The notes beneath the pieces are model-generated. The model was given only the letters and a program-made list of their open reading frames with translations, searched no databases and was not told where the DNA came from. A stretch of DNA of 64,000 nucleotides, from positions 704 through 64,703 of the forward strand of contig DATIIB010000008.1 of assembly GCA_035480055.1 (NCBI GenBank), read 5' to 3'. Both the position numbers and the translations under genes were made by a program. The stretch comes from Candidatus Saccharimonadales bacterium. GTDB lineage: Bacteria; Patescibacteriota; Saccharimonadia; Saccharimonadales; DASZAF01. Position 1 is the first letter of the stretch; each line of letters starts with the position of its first letter. Positions 51,301 to 59,899 of the stretch are shown in pieces.

Positions 51301-53343
51301 CTATTGGCCAGGAATACGAAACTGGTTTGGGTCATTAGGATCGGTAGCGAATTGCCCAGGTGCAGGAGGCGCTGGGGCTTGTTGCGTCGGAGGCAACGGC
51401 GTGCCACTCGTTCCTACGCCAGGATTGGCTAGTTGAGCGGTGATATCAGTTCCGGGAGGAAGCGTTGGGCTCTGCATTGGATTAGTGGGTGCAGCACCTG
51501 GGAGCGGAGGCAACGGAGGCAAGGTGCTGAAGTCGGGCAACGGTGGCAAAGTGCCGCCAGCTGGAGCAACGGAAGGCGCTGGGGCTGGGCTACTTTGCAA
51601 CGGTGGCAACGGCTGTTCTGCAGGTAATGCCGGAGCCGGAGCGGGCGGAGCCTGTCCGGGCGTACTGGGCATAAAAGGTTCATCAGAAAGTGCATCGCTG
51701 ACTGCGCGGCGCGCGGCCTCTAAATCTACATCTTGCTGAGCAGCTGGATCAACTGCTGGCGCGGCCGCCGGCGCAGGTTGAGCAGGCATTGGAGGCATTG
51801 CTGCTAACTGAGCTGGTGCAGGAGGAGCTGTGGCAGCACCTGGCATCGGTGGAAGCGGAGCTTGTGGAAATGATGGCGCCGCAGATTGCGGTGTGGCAGA
51901 AGGAATCGAGAACTCCGTTGGCAGACCTGCCTCGTTTGGCTTCTCACTTGGCAAAAAGTCGCCGTGAGTCAGCGTGACATTATTATGACGCTGCTCTTCT
52001 TCGGCCTCGCGGCGGCGTTCTTCTTCAGCCTCGGCGCTGGTGGCATTCAGTGTACCCCCAAGAGTCGGTGGTTCTAATTGCTGCCAATTGGGGCGTGCAC
52101 CAGATTCGTCTAGGCGTTTGCCAAGTGGAATAATTTTGGGCTCGTCAGCGGGACGCGCTGCAGGCGCTGGTGCTGGGGGAAGCATAGGCTGAGACGCCGG
52201 TGCAGGAAGTGCTGGCGGTGGTGAGGTAAAAGGCTTGTCCGCTGCAGTGGTAATTGCGTCACGCAGATCGCTTAATTCATCAGAGACCGTAGGCACACTC
52301 GCTGCCGCAGTGTCTTGCGCTGGAGGTGAGGCAGGTGCAGGAGGTACAGGAGGCGCTGGCGCTTCGGCCGGCTTTTGCTCTTCCTCTGGTGCTTCGTCAT
52401 GGCGAACCTTCATCTCACCTTTGCTGCCATCAGCTGGTGGCGGTGTTGGTGGTGGCGCAACTGGCTTTTCAGGTGCCGCCTTCTCTACTTTTTGAGATGA
52501 TTCGGAAAGTGGTCCTTCATCCTTTGGCGCTTCTTCTGGTGCGCGCTCAATTCTGCCTTCGCCTTCTTCAGATTTAGGTTCGGCTTTGACCGCAGCTTGG
52601 CTGAGGCTATTAGCGATCAGCTGCTGATTAGCTCCGGCAGCCATTAATTCGGCTGCCAAGGTCATAATGTGTGGCGTGGTTCCCTTGTTGCTAAAACGAT
52701 CGGTTGCGGCAACGATACCGGTAAGTAATGCGGTACTAATTTGGGCATCGAGCACTTTTGGTTCAAGCGCTTCGCCAAGCCCCACCAGCATTTCACAAAT
52801 CGAGCTTGCCTTACCGTCTTGCCAATCGATCACCCCAAGGCTGCTGCGTTCGTCGCGAGCATTAATGGTAATCACTGTCGCGTCATGCAAAATGCGGCCA
52901 TGGGCGGCAATGGCGCGGTCGAGCGATTCACGCTTTTCTACCCCAAGAGCCACGACCACTTCCACGTTAAAGTCGCCTTCGCTAAACTCCAGATCCTTAG
53001 AGGTAATAGTCGAGCGGTACGGCGTGATAAAAATCTTCACCATGTCGTCTTCGACCTTGTACCGTAAGCGATCCGCTTTTTCTTTGTCCAAAGCGATGAT
53101 GAAGTCGCGCAGACTATCAACCGTGTGTTCAAAAGTTTTATCAGGCTGCAAGAAGGTAATCGCCGGTGGCACTGCCCCACTAAAGACTGCCGTGGCATGT
53201 TTGTCGAGCTTGTTGAGGATTAGCGTTAAGGCCAATGCGGCCGCAAGTTCGTCGACCGAAGGATTATTCTCAACCGTCACGAGAATGTTGGTTGCTTGCT
53301 TGATGCGGTCAACGATGAGTTGCTTGGGGTTGTTGTTGTCCAT
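51301..53343 (-). CDS. DHH/NrnA-like domain protein with degenerate catalytic motifs and ~400-aa Pro/Ala-rich tail
   Basis: N-terminal ~250 aa resemble NrnA-type DHH+DHHA1 layout at the syntenic position upstream of truB, but no DHH tripeptide anywhere; remainder is PAPAP-type low complexity. Confidence 0.6.
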   Translation of the reverse strand: MDNNNPKQLIVDRIKQATNILVTVENNPSVDELAAALALTLILNKLDKHATAVFSGAVPPAITFLQPDKTFEHTVDSLRDFIIALDKEKADRLRYKVEDDMVKIFITPYRSTITSKDLEFSEGDFNVEVVVALGVEKRESLDRAIAAHGRILHDATVITINARDERSSLGVIDWQDGKASSICEMLVGLGEALEPKVLDAQISTALLTGIVAATDRFSNKGTTPHIMTLAAELMAAGANQQLIANSLSQAAVKAEPKSEEGEGRIERAPEEAPKDEGPLSESSQKVEKAAPEKPVAPPPTPPPADGSKGEMKVRHDEAPEEEQKPAEAPAPPVPPAPASPPAQDTAAASVPTVSDELSDLRDAITTAADKPFTSPPPALPAPASQPMLPPAPAPAARPADEPKIIPLGKRLDESGARPNWQQLEPPTLGGTLNATSAEAEEERRREAEEEQRHNNVTLTHGDFLPSEKPNEAGLPTEFSIPSATPQSAAPSFPQAPLPPMPGAATAPPAPAQLAAMPPMPAQPAPAAAPAVDPAAQQDVDLEAARRAVSDALSDEPFMPSTPGQAPPAPAPALPAEQPLPPLQSSPAPAPSVAPAGGTLPPLPDFSTLPPLPPLPGAAPTNPMQSPTLPPGTDITAQLANPGVGTSGTPLPPTQQAPAPPAPGQFATDPNDPNQFRIPGQ

Positions 53344-53432
53344 TTTTTGAAGCTTTTTTGTTCTTTAAAGTTCTTTTGCTTACACGATACCATGTTTTTT
53401 AGATAAGCGTCAACAATTTTACCTCAGGGATC

Positions 53433-53461
53433 TTTACATTTCGCCTCTGGTAGGTTATAGT
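53433..53461 (+). promoter_or_regulatory. sigma70-like promoter of rpsT
   Basis: TTTACA (53433-53438), 17 nt spacer, TATAGT (53456-53461); GGAG SD before ATG 53505. Confidence 0.5.
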
Positions 53462-53504
53462 TTTATACCGAATCTATAAAAATCTTTTAAGTATCGGAGA
53501 TTCT

Positions 53505-53909
53505 ATGCCCATTATCAAATCCGCGATGAAACGCATGCGCCAAACGGCTACTGCCCACACTCGCAACCAACGCACCAAGCGCAACCTGCGCACTGCTTTG
53601 AAGTCATTCGTGACCAAGCCAAGCCAAGACGCAGTCAGCAAAGCTCAGAGTGAAATCGACAAGGCTGTCAAAAAAGGCCTCATGAAAAAGAACACCGCGT
53701 CGCGCAAAAAAGCGCAGATCGCGCGTGATGCCAAAGCTGCTGGTGTAAAGGTAACCGCCAAAGCGAAGAAAACAGCGCCAACAAAAGTTGCCGCCAAGCC
53801 TGCTGCCACCGCTAAAAAAGCTGCAGCACCAAAAGCAGCTGCAACCAAAACTGCAGTTGCCAAAAAGCCAGCCGCAAAGAAACCTGCAGCCAAGAAGACC
53901 GAGAAATAG
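53505..53909 (+). CDS. rpsT: 30S ribosomal protein S20 with Lys/Ala/Pro-rich C-terminal extension
   Basis: MPIIKSAMKRMRQTATAHTRNQRTKRNLRTALK...; tail AKKTAPTKVAAKPAATAKKAAAPKAAATK... Confidence 0.85.
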   Translation: MPIIKSAMKRMRQTATAHTRNQRTKRNLRTALKSFVTKPSQDAVSKAQSEIDKAVKKGLMKKNTASRKKAQIARDAKAAGVKVTAKAKKTAPTKVAAKPAATAKKAAAPKAAATKTAVAKKPAAKKPAAKKTEK

Positions 53910-53926
53910 ACCGCTCCTCTTTGATT

Positions 53927-53955
53927 AAAACAGCCGACTTGTTCGGCTGTTTTTG
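53927..53955 (+). terminator. rho-independent terminator of rpsT
   Basis: AAAACAGCCGA-CTTGT-TCGGCTGTTTT followed by TG. Confidence 0.65.
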
Positions 53956-53984
53956 TTCCCATCATCTTTTTGCTTCTTCTTAGT

Positions 53985-54262
53985 CCATCATCCTCACTTT
54001 TGCATACTCCACGGGTCCTGCCACCTGATCCGCCCCTAAATTTTTTATGAATACATAAAACAATTTTGGGGCAGCCCCGTCAGGTGTCACCCGTTTCTTC
54101 GCTGCTTCGTGGCTTACGCTCTACCGAGCGGAGGACAGCCATCACCCTTCCGAGGGCTCCCAAAAGCAATGTCGGCTTACGAAGTAAACGGTTACGTTGC
54201 TTTTGGGAAACGGAAGGGTGAGGAGCGTATGGGAGGAGGTGCGGAAAGTATACGACTCAAGA
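53985..54262. ncRNA. candidate structured RNA of unknown class (strand undetermined)
   Basis: Non-coding convergent gap. Perfect pairings: 54142-54152/54211-54221 (11 bp), 54158-54169/54197-54208 (12 bp), 54022-54028/54080-54086, 54032-54036/54068-54072, 54043-54049/54054-54060. Confidence 0.3.
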
Positions 54263-54265
54263 GCC

Positions 54266-55189
54266 CTACACTCGCGCAACTTTCCCCAAAGCCTGCTCAA
54301 CCAATAGCCACGGCTCCACCCCTGTCGATTTCAACTGCATGTCCAACTGAGCAATCTGCTCCACCACCGCCTTTATCTTGGCTTGGCCAAGTCTGCGCAC
54401 CAGCTGCTGAGATTTTTGCAGCACAAAGGGTTTGAGCCCAGTTTGCTGGCTCAATTCTGTGCTGCTCAGTCCTCCAGGTGCAAAAGCCACCAGCGCCAAA
54501 GCATGCACCTGCCAGACGAGCAGACCAAAAAATTCATAGGGGTCACTGCGCATCTTCATTTGAGTCAGTAGCCGCGCAGCATCTGCGTGCTTACCAGCCA
54601 TTACAGCATCCAGCAATGCAAAGGCACTCACCTCGAGGTTGGGCGTGGTCAGCAGCTCCACATTGTCGGCCGAAACAGTCTTATCCAACGCGACCAACTT
54701 GTCAATCTCGCTGGTCAATTGCCACTGGTCATTACCAACGCGGTCAATCAATTGGGCGGTCGCTTGCGGCGTAATCGTACCACTTCGCTCCTGAACGGCA
54801 GCTGCAACCCACTGCTGTAGCTCGCGGTCGCTGAGCGGCGCATAATCCCGAAAGTCGGTCTTGGCCTTTAATGTCTTGTACGTTTTGGTACGTTTATCCA
54901 GCACGCCGTCCACAATCACCAGCGTCGTGCCCTCACCCACTTCAGCTGCAAGGTCGCCAAGCTCGGTAAAGAGCTCTTTTTGCGCGCTGGGATTTTTGAG
55001 AATAATCAATCGTTGCGGCGCAAACAAACTCAGCGCGCTCACTTGTTCGCGCAGCTGCGCGAGCGTGGTGTCGGCGCCTTCCAGCCGCTCGATCGCGTTC
55101 GCCCCATGCTTGGCCACAAAAGCGGCACGCAAAGTCGCCAGCGCTTGCAATGCCGCGTAAGTATTTTCTCCACAGAGTGTAATCGTCAC
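54266..55189 (-). CDS. holA: DNA polymerase III subunit delta
   Basis: Typical HolA N-terminus (LSLFAPQRLIILKNP) and length; helical C-terminal domain. Confidence 0.8.
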   Translation of the reverse strand: MTITLCGENTYAALQALATLRAAFVAKHGANAIERLEGADTTLAQLREQVSALSLFAPQRLIILKNPSAQKELFTELGDLAAEVGEGTTLVIVDGVLDKRTKTYKTLKAKTDFRDYAPLSDRELQQWVAAAVQERSGTITPQATAQLIDRVGNDQWQLTSEIDKLVALDKTVSADNVELLTTPNLEVSAFALLDAVMAGKHADAARLLTQMKMRSDPYEFFGLLVWQVHALALVAFAPGGLSSTELSQQTGLKPFVLQKSQQLVRRLGQAKIKAVVEQIAQLDMQLKSTGVEPWLLVEQALGKVARV

Positions 55190-55210
55190 GTTCTTGATTG
55201 TACCAGGAAA

Positions 55211-55834
55211 CTAGTTGCCATTCACTTGCGCAACTACTTGACTAGCCTCTTCCTTGGACATCTCGCGAAAGTTAAGCGCAACAATATTTTTTGTAACTAT
55301 TGTAAATGGATCGAGTCGCAAAGGAGCATCTGGCAATGTATCCAGCCCAGCCACCCAAGTCTCTTTGCGCTGCGGCAAAACTTTAATGCGCGAAGTAGAC
55401 ACCTTCCGCTCGGCGCAATCTGGCTTGGCAGGATCACCCTTGAGGTCGAGCCAGATATCCGTCATTTGCACTGTAGTATCTGCTCGCTTGGCGTTTAACT
55501 CCACGATAGTGGGCAAAAAACCAGCCGGCGTAGCCTCGGCGTCCAGCACCATTGCCCGATTTCCAACCATCCGAATCGTTGGTCGAAAGACCACTAGTCG
55601 GTCGTTACCACGCGCTCCCTCGTAGATATTATTGCAGATGGTAAATGTCCCCGAGGTATCGGGTGAAGGATTGGGTGACGCTGTTGCTGCATGAGTTTCG
55701 CGCCCCGCCTGCGATCCAGGAGCTGCTTGCTTATCACCTGCCCCGCAGGCGCTCAACGCGAGTGCGCCTGTCAAAGCAATCGCACTCGCTCGCACCCCCC
55801 TATGCTCTCCAAAATGTCTCAAACCTTCAGCCAT
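55211..55834 (-). CDS. putative lipoprotein
   Basis: Lipobox LALSAC at residues ~25-30, followed by a Gly/Ala/Pro linker. Confidence 0.6.
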   Translation of the reverse strand: MAEGLRHFGEHRGVRASAIALTGALALSACGAGDKQAAPGSQAGRETHAATASPNPSPDTSGTFTICNNIYEGARGNDRLVVFRPTIRMVGNRAMVLDAEATPAGFLPTIVELNAKRADTTVQMTDIWLDLKGDPAKPDCAERKVSTSRIKVLPQRKETWVAGLDTLPDAPLRLDPFTIVTKNIVALNFREMSKEEASQVVAQVNGN

Positions 55835-55875
55835 ATTTTAACCTCCGTTACGTCTGTCAGGTTTCTTACTATAAA

Positions 55876-56760
55876 CTATTTAGTAACGCGCGGCAGCACC
55901 TGGCAGTGCGGGCAAATATGCGTGCCTCGCCCCGCCACCACAATTCGCTCAATCGGCGTGCCGCATCGGGGGCATGGCAGCCCTTTACGCTTATATACCT
56001 TTGCAAACGTCAGGTAACTACCCTTTTTACCTTCAGCATTGACATAATTGCGGTCGCTGGAGCCGCCTTTTTGAATGCTCAGCTGCAAGACGGCCAGGAG
56101 TTCACGGTAGAGTGCTTGTAGCTTGGCTTCAGTAATGTTTTTGACCGGTGTTGCGGGATGAATCTTGGCAGCAAAAAGCGATTCGTCGCTGTAGATATTG
56201 CCAATGCCGGCAATGATCGTTTGGTCCAGCAGCACCGCCTTCACCGCGCTTTTGGGTCGAGTATACAATCGGTTTTTAAACACATCGTAGGTAAACTTGG
56301 GGTCCAATGGCTCAGGGCCAAGCTTGCGCATAAACGGAATGTCCGGAACTTCTGGCGTAGGTACCAACCTCATCCACCCAAACTTGCGTTGATCGTTAAA
56401 AAATAATGTGCCGTGATCCAATGTAAGAATCACTCGCGTTGACTTGTCGGGAAGCTGCCCTACCAAGCTCTCGCTGGGGTGACCTGCGCCAAATTTTTGG
56501 CCATTGTCACCGCGGAAGACCAGCTGCCCAGTCATCTTAAGGTGAACGACGAGACTATAATTTGTGTTCAAGTTGATAAGCAGCGCTTTGGCGCGGCGGT
56601 TAATGGACACAATCTGTGCTCCCACCAAAAACTGCGCCACACTGGCCGGCTCGTTAGGGAATGATTGGTCCCAATCAAAAGTCACCTCGCGAATGACTTG
56701 GCCAGGCAACAGTTTGTGCAAACCTTGGCGGACGGTTTCGACTTCGGGGAGTTCGGGCAT
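55876..56760 (-). CDS. mutM: formamidopyrimidine-DNA glycosylase
   Basis: MPELPEVETV N-terminus, H2TH, C-terminal zinc finger CPRCGTPIERIVVAGRGTHICPHCQ. Confidence 0.9.
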   Translation of the reverse strand: MPELPEVETVRQGLHKLLPGQVIREVTFDWDQSFPNEPASVAQFLVGAQIVSINRRAKALLINLNTNYSLVVHLKMTGQLVFRGDNGQKFGAGHPSESLVGQLPDKSTRVILTLDHGTLFFNDQRKFGWMRLVPTPEVPDIPFMRKLGPEPLDPKFTYDVFKNRLYTRPKSAVKAVLLDQTIIAGIGNIYSDESLFAAKIHPATPVKNITEAKLQALYRELLAVLQLSIQKGGSSDRNYVNAEGKKGSYLTFAKVYKRKGLPCPRCGTPIERIVVAGRGTHICPHCQVLPRVTK

Positions 56761-56787
56761 ACTCGTAGTATACCAATTGAGCGAGTT

Positions 56788-58095
56788 TTACAGGAGTACG
56801 GCGTTTACTTGGGCAATCAGGTAATCGAGCAGGGGCTTATCAATAGCATCATCTCGGGAATCTCGTTGTCCAGTGTGGATAAAATGAAGCACACCACTCA
56901 GCACTACTTGCGCCTCTCGGGAGGCTTGGTTTAGATCTTGGGTTTCGTGCACGCGCCGTAGATACGCAGTATCTAAAAAGTGTAATAGGTCAAAACCTGT
57001 GGCTTGACGAACGTGCTCGGCAAATCCAGGTACATCTTGAGCCTCATAATACTTTGAAAGCTCTGCCGTACCCATCTGTGCATACTGCATAATCTGCTTG
57101 AGCGAGCTCCGCAGTGGAATATGCGAGCCTGCCTGCAGCGTATCTTCACCGTGCATAATTATCTGCGTCAGCATTTCATCAACCGCCTCGGTGGTGGCGC
57201 TTTCCGGACTGTCATCGTGCATCAGATGGCCAAGTGAATGTGTCAGCTCGTGGGCAAAGATTCCTTCTGGGTCGATAGTTGCGTTACTGACAGCAAAGGC
57301 ATTTACATTGCGAAAATTATAGCCATCACGTGTCTGCAGCAACGGATCAAGCGGGCCAGAAATAACCAGGTCCAGAGTCTTGTATGATTGCAGCGCCTGC
57401 AGCATCGCTGGATCAAGTTTGCCAGCTTTGATTGCTTTTTGTAATCCTTCGGCATAATCGGCGTACGCGGTGCGGAATGGCGCTTCCATGCGTTCAGCGG
57501 GCTTAGTTCTGGTCAGGTCGTAGTGCCAGTTTAAGAGGTCGCCAAGTTCGCTGTCGTTGGTGCTCACAATCCAGTCCGCCCAGGTCTTCGCGGGTGTTTT
57601 CGCAAAATTTGCGCGAAGTGTCTCTGGAACCGTTTCCGCCTCCATCCGGATATCTACTCTTTCTTTCGCACCCTTCGGAAGGCGCTCAAAAATTTCCCGA
57701 AATGCCGTCATATGCTTGTTGATATCACGCTCGTGAGCCGCAATACTGTCAGGATCCGTCAGCCGCGACTTTTCGTCCATCATTCCTACAATATAATCAG
57801 CCAGAAAATCTTCCCCAACTCCTTTGGTGGATCGTCTGATTTCTAACCTTGGGAAGCCCGGTGGGTCGCGCTCTAAGACAACTAGTCCTTCGTCTTCATC
57901 CCTGGCGTCCCGCAAAGCGCGCCAGTAGGCTGCCTCACCCGCAACTTGGCCAGCGTGCTTGGTACGATGCAGTTTTAAAAGGTGCAGGGTTTTTTTGCCC
58001 AGGGGCGTGCTGTTCCCCTCCGTTCGCCGATGTTTCCCAGCCTCAGCGTGTTGCTCAGGTTGTAGCTCCTGGGGATGGGGCGAAATTTGTGTCAT
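56788..58095 (-). CDS. hypothetical protein with HExxH zinc-metallopeptidase motif
   Basis: HELTHSLGHLMH at residues 282-293 (57217-57252); no signal peptide; basic N-terminus. Confidence 0.6.
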   Translation of the reverse strand: MTQISPHPQELQPEQHAEAGKHRRTEGNSTPLGKKTLHLLKLHRTKHAGQVAGEAAYWRALRDARDEDEGLVVLERDPPGFPRLEIRRSTKGVGEDFLADYIVGMMDEKSRLTDPDSIAAHERDINKHMTAFREIFERLPKGAKERVDIRMEAETVPETLRANFAKTPAKTWADWIVSTNDSELGDLLNWHYDLTRTKPAERMEAPFRTAYADYAEGLQKAIKAGKLDPAMLQALQSYKTLDLVISGPLDPLLQTRDGYNFRNVNAFAVSNATIDPEGIFAHELTHSLGHLMHDDSPESATTEAVDEMLTQIIMHGEDTLQAGSHIPLRSSLKQIMQYAQMGTAELSKYYEAQDVPGFAEHVRQATGFDLLHFLDTAYLRRVHETQDLNQASREAQVVLSGVLHFIHTGQRDSRDDAIDKPLLDYLIAQVNAVLL

Positions 58096-58164
58096 ATTCT
58101 ACAACACAAACTACCATAAGCATACTAAAAAGTCAATATGCTACAAGGGGTATAGTCGCCTTAT

Positions 58165-58734
58165 CTACGTCGCCAATATACGCTGAATCTCTGCCTCGCA
58201 CTGTGCAAAAGTATGGTAACAAACCGCAGCCCAACCAGCGGCCTGGGCTGCTTCGCAGTTTTCCGGAAGGTCATCAACCATCACCGCTTCATGCGGCTGG
58301 ACCTCTAATCGATCGCATGCCAGCTCAAAAATGTGCGGGTCGGGTTTAACCATTCCCACTTCGGCCGAGACTATCACATCATCAAAGAGCTTGGTTAGCT
58401 GGGCATGAGCCAGAGTCGTGTGTAAATCGCTGGCAGCATTGCTGAGCAGACCAATCTTATAGGTATTGTGCAGGTCGTTAATAACCGCAATGAGCGGCTG
58501 GTTGAGCACACGCTCGTCGCGCATATGCACAGCTACTTCTTCAAGCGACTGGCCGGTGACGCGACTGACTTCGGCCATATATTCATCTGGGGTCACCATA
58601 CCAAGATCGCGTTGGCGGCGCAATTCGTAAATGTTCGCCAAGCTCTGGCGGTCAGGAATCGCGCTTTCGAGAAATGCTTGGTGGCGACGAATCGAAACCA
58701 CGCCGTAAAAATCAAAAACCACCGCCTTGATCAT
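58165..58734 (-). CDS. HAD superfamily hydrolase
   Basis: MIKAVVFDFYGVV (DxD-type motif I), LLSNA, VDDLPEN. Confidence 0.8.
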   Translation of the reverse strand: MIKAVVFDFYGVVSIRRHQAFLESAIPDRQSLANIYELRRQRDLGMVTPDEYMAEVSRVTGQSLEEVAVHMRDERVLNQPLIAVINDLHNTYKIGLLSNAASDLHTTLAHAQLTKLFDDVIVSAEVGMVKPDPHIFELACDRLEVQPHEAVMVDDLPENCEAAQAAGWAAVCYHTFAQCEAEIQRILAT

Positions 58735-59390
58735 CGGCGGCGTCCTTCTTGCGGCAAGAAGCCAGCGGTTTTGGCCGCTTTGGCAAGTGTTTGTCCTAAC
58801 TCAGTAAGCTTGTACATCGTTGCTGATTGCTCTTGGTCGTAGGTGCCGAGCGGCGGCTTGTCGGTCTCGAGCAATCCCCGACCGATGAACAGATAGGTGT
58901 AGCGTTCAGTCAACTTTTGCTGTGGCAAAAAGATGCTGAGCCGCGCCAATTGCGCAAACTTAGCAATATCGCTTACCGAAAGCTGGTCAATCGTCTCGAT
59001 CAGATCATAAAACACGCTGCGCTGCAAAGTTGCCTGCAAATACTGTGCGCATAGCAGCCCAATAAGACGACACTTGCTAAGATCTTCCTGCGTGGATAAC
59101 AAACCGAGGAGTTTTTCCACAAAATCCCGTGGCCGTCGCTGAAATTTCTCAAAAATTTCGTGTCGTTCTTTAGCGGTCAAATGCTCCCAGCCTTCGTAAA
59201 AAGCACAGACTTTTTTGGCCAAGAGATAGTCTCCCCACGCGTGTCCTGTTTTCCAGGCGGCCACAGCCAGTGAGATCAAAGGAACTTTCTCGAGCACAGG
59301 CATGTGCGAACGCGCCAAGCTCTCGTTAAGCACCAGATTACTCAGTTCCTTTGCCGGATCCTGCCAGATTGCCACTAATTTCTGATCCAC
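58731..59390 (-). CDS. hypothetical protein
   Basis: Helical, no motif recognised; ATGA-coupled to the HAD gene. Confidence 0.5.
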   Translation of the reverse strand: MDQKLVAIWQDPAKELSNLVLNESLARSHMPVLEKVPLISLAVAAWKTGHAWGDYLLAKKVCAFYEGWEHLTAKERHEIFEKFQRRPRDFVEKLLGLLSTQEDLSKCRLIGLLCAQYLQATLQRSVFYDLIETIDQLSVSDIAKFAQLARLSIFLPQQKLTERYTYLFIGRGLLETDKPPLGTYDQEQSATMYKLTELGQTLAKAAKTAGFLPQEGRRR

Positions 59391-59461
59391 GTGCTGCTCT
59401 CCGTTTTACCCAGTGTAGCAAGGGGGCGTAGATTACCAAAGTGGTTGCGGTTTTATTGCGC

Positions 59462-59893
59462 TTACTTTCCGGTGTGGCCAAAGGCGCCTTCGCCACGCAC
59501 AGTCGCATCGAGAGTGTCCACTTCTTGCCATTGGATTGGCTCATAGGCGGCAATGAGCATTTGGGCAATACGCTCGCCATCGTTGATGGTGTACTCATCT
59601 TGGCTTAGATTAACTAGAATGACCATGAGCTCGCCACGATAATCAGCATCGATCGTCCCTGGTGTATTGAGCACAGAGATGCCATGTTTGGCCGCCAGTC
59701 CACTGCGCGGGCGGATTTGCGCCTCATATCCTTCTGGCAGAGCGATATATATGCCGGTCGGGACCATTGCTCGCTCAAGAGATTTCAGCGTAATGGGCTC
59801 GCGTAAGTTGGCGGTCAGATCCACACAAGCGGCTTGGTCGCTGTGATATTGCGGCAAAGGATGCGACGAATTGTTGACGATGTGAACCTTCAC
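59462..59893 (-). CDS. dut: dUTP diphosphatase
   Basis: AACVDL, RPRSGLA, GTIDADYRGE, RIAQ motifs. Confidence 0.9.
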   Translation of the reverse strand: MKVHIVNNSSHPLPQYHSDQAACVDLTANLREPITLKSLERAMVPTGIYIALPEGYEAQIRPRSGLAAKHGISVLNTPGTIDADYRGELMVILVNLSQDEYTINDGERIAQMLIAAYEPIQWQEVDTLDATVRGEGAFGHTGK

Positions 59894-59899
59894 TGCAAC

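Noticed and set aside
51301-52580. Repetitive Pro/Ala-coding DNA as a possible CRISPR or tandem-repeat array
   Set aside because: There is no unit-length direct repeat/spacer periodicity. The region is a continuous open frame in phase with the N-terminal domain, so it is low-complexity coding sequence.
54222-54257. Possible group II intron domain V (GAGCGTAT...ATACG-A-CTC with GGAAAG)
   Set aside because: The lower helix and bulge look superficially right. However, the 19 nt in between are purine-only and cannot form the upper helix with a GNRA loop, and there is no intron ORF or other domains nearby.
54109-54435. 108-aa plus-strand ORF spanning the rpsT-holA gap
   Set aside because: Half of it is antisense to holA. 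The part in the gap coincides with strongly base-paired segments. A GGAGG before the internal ATG 54229 is more simply part of the purine tract of the putative RNA.
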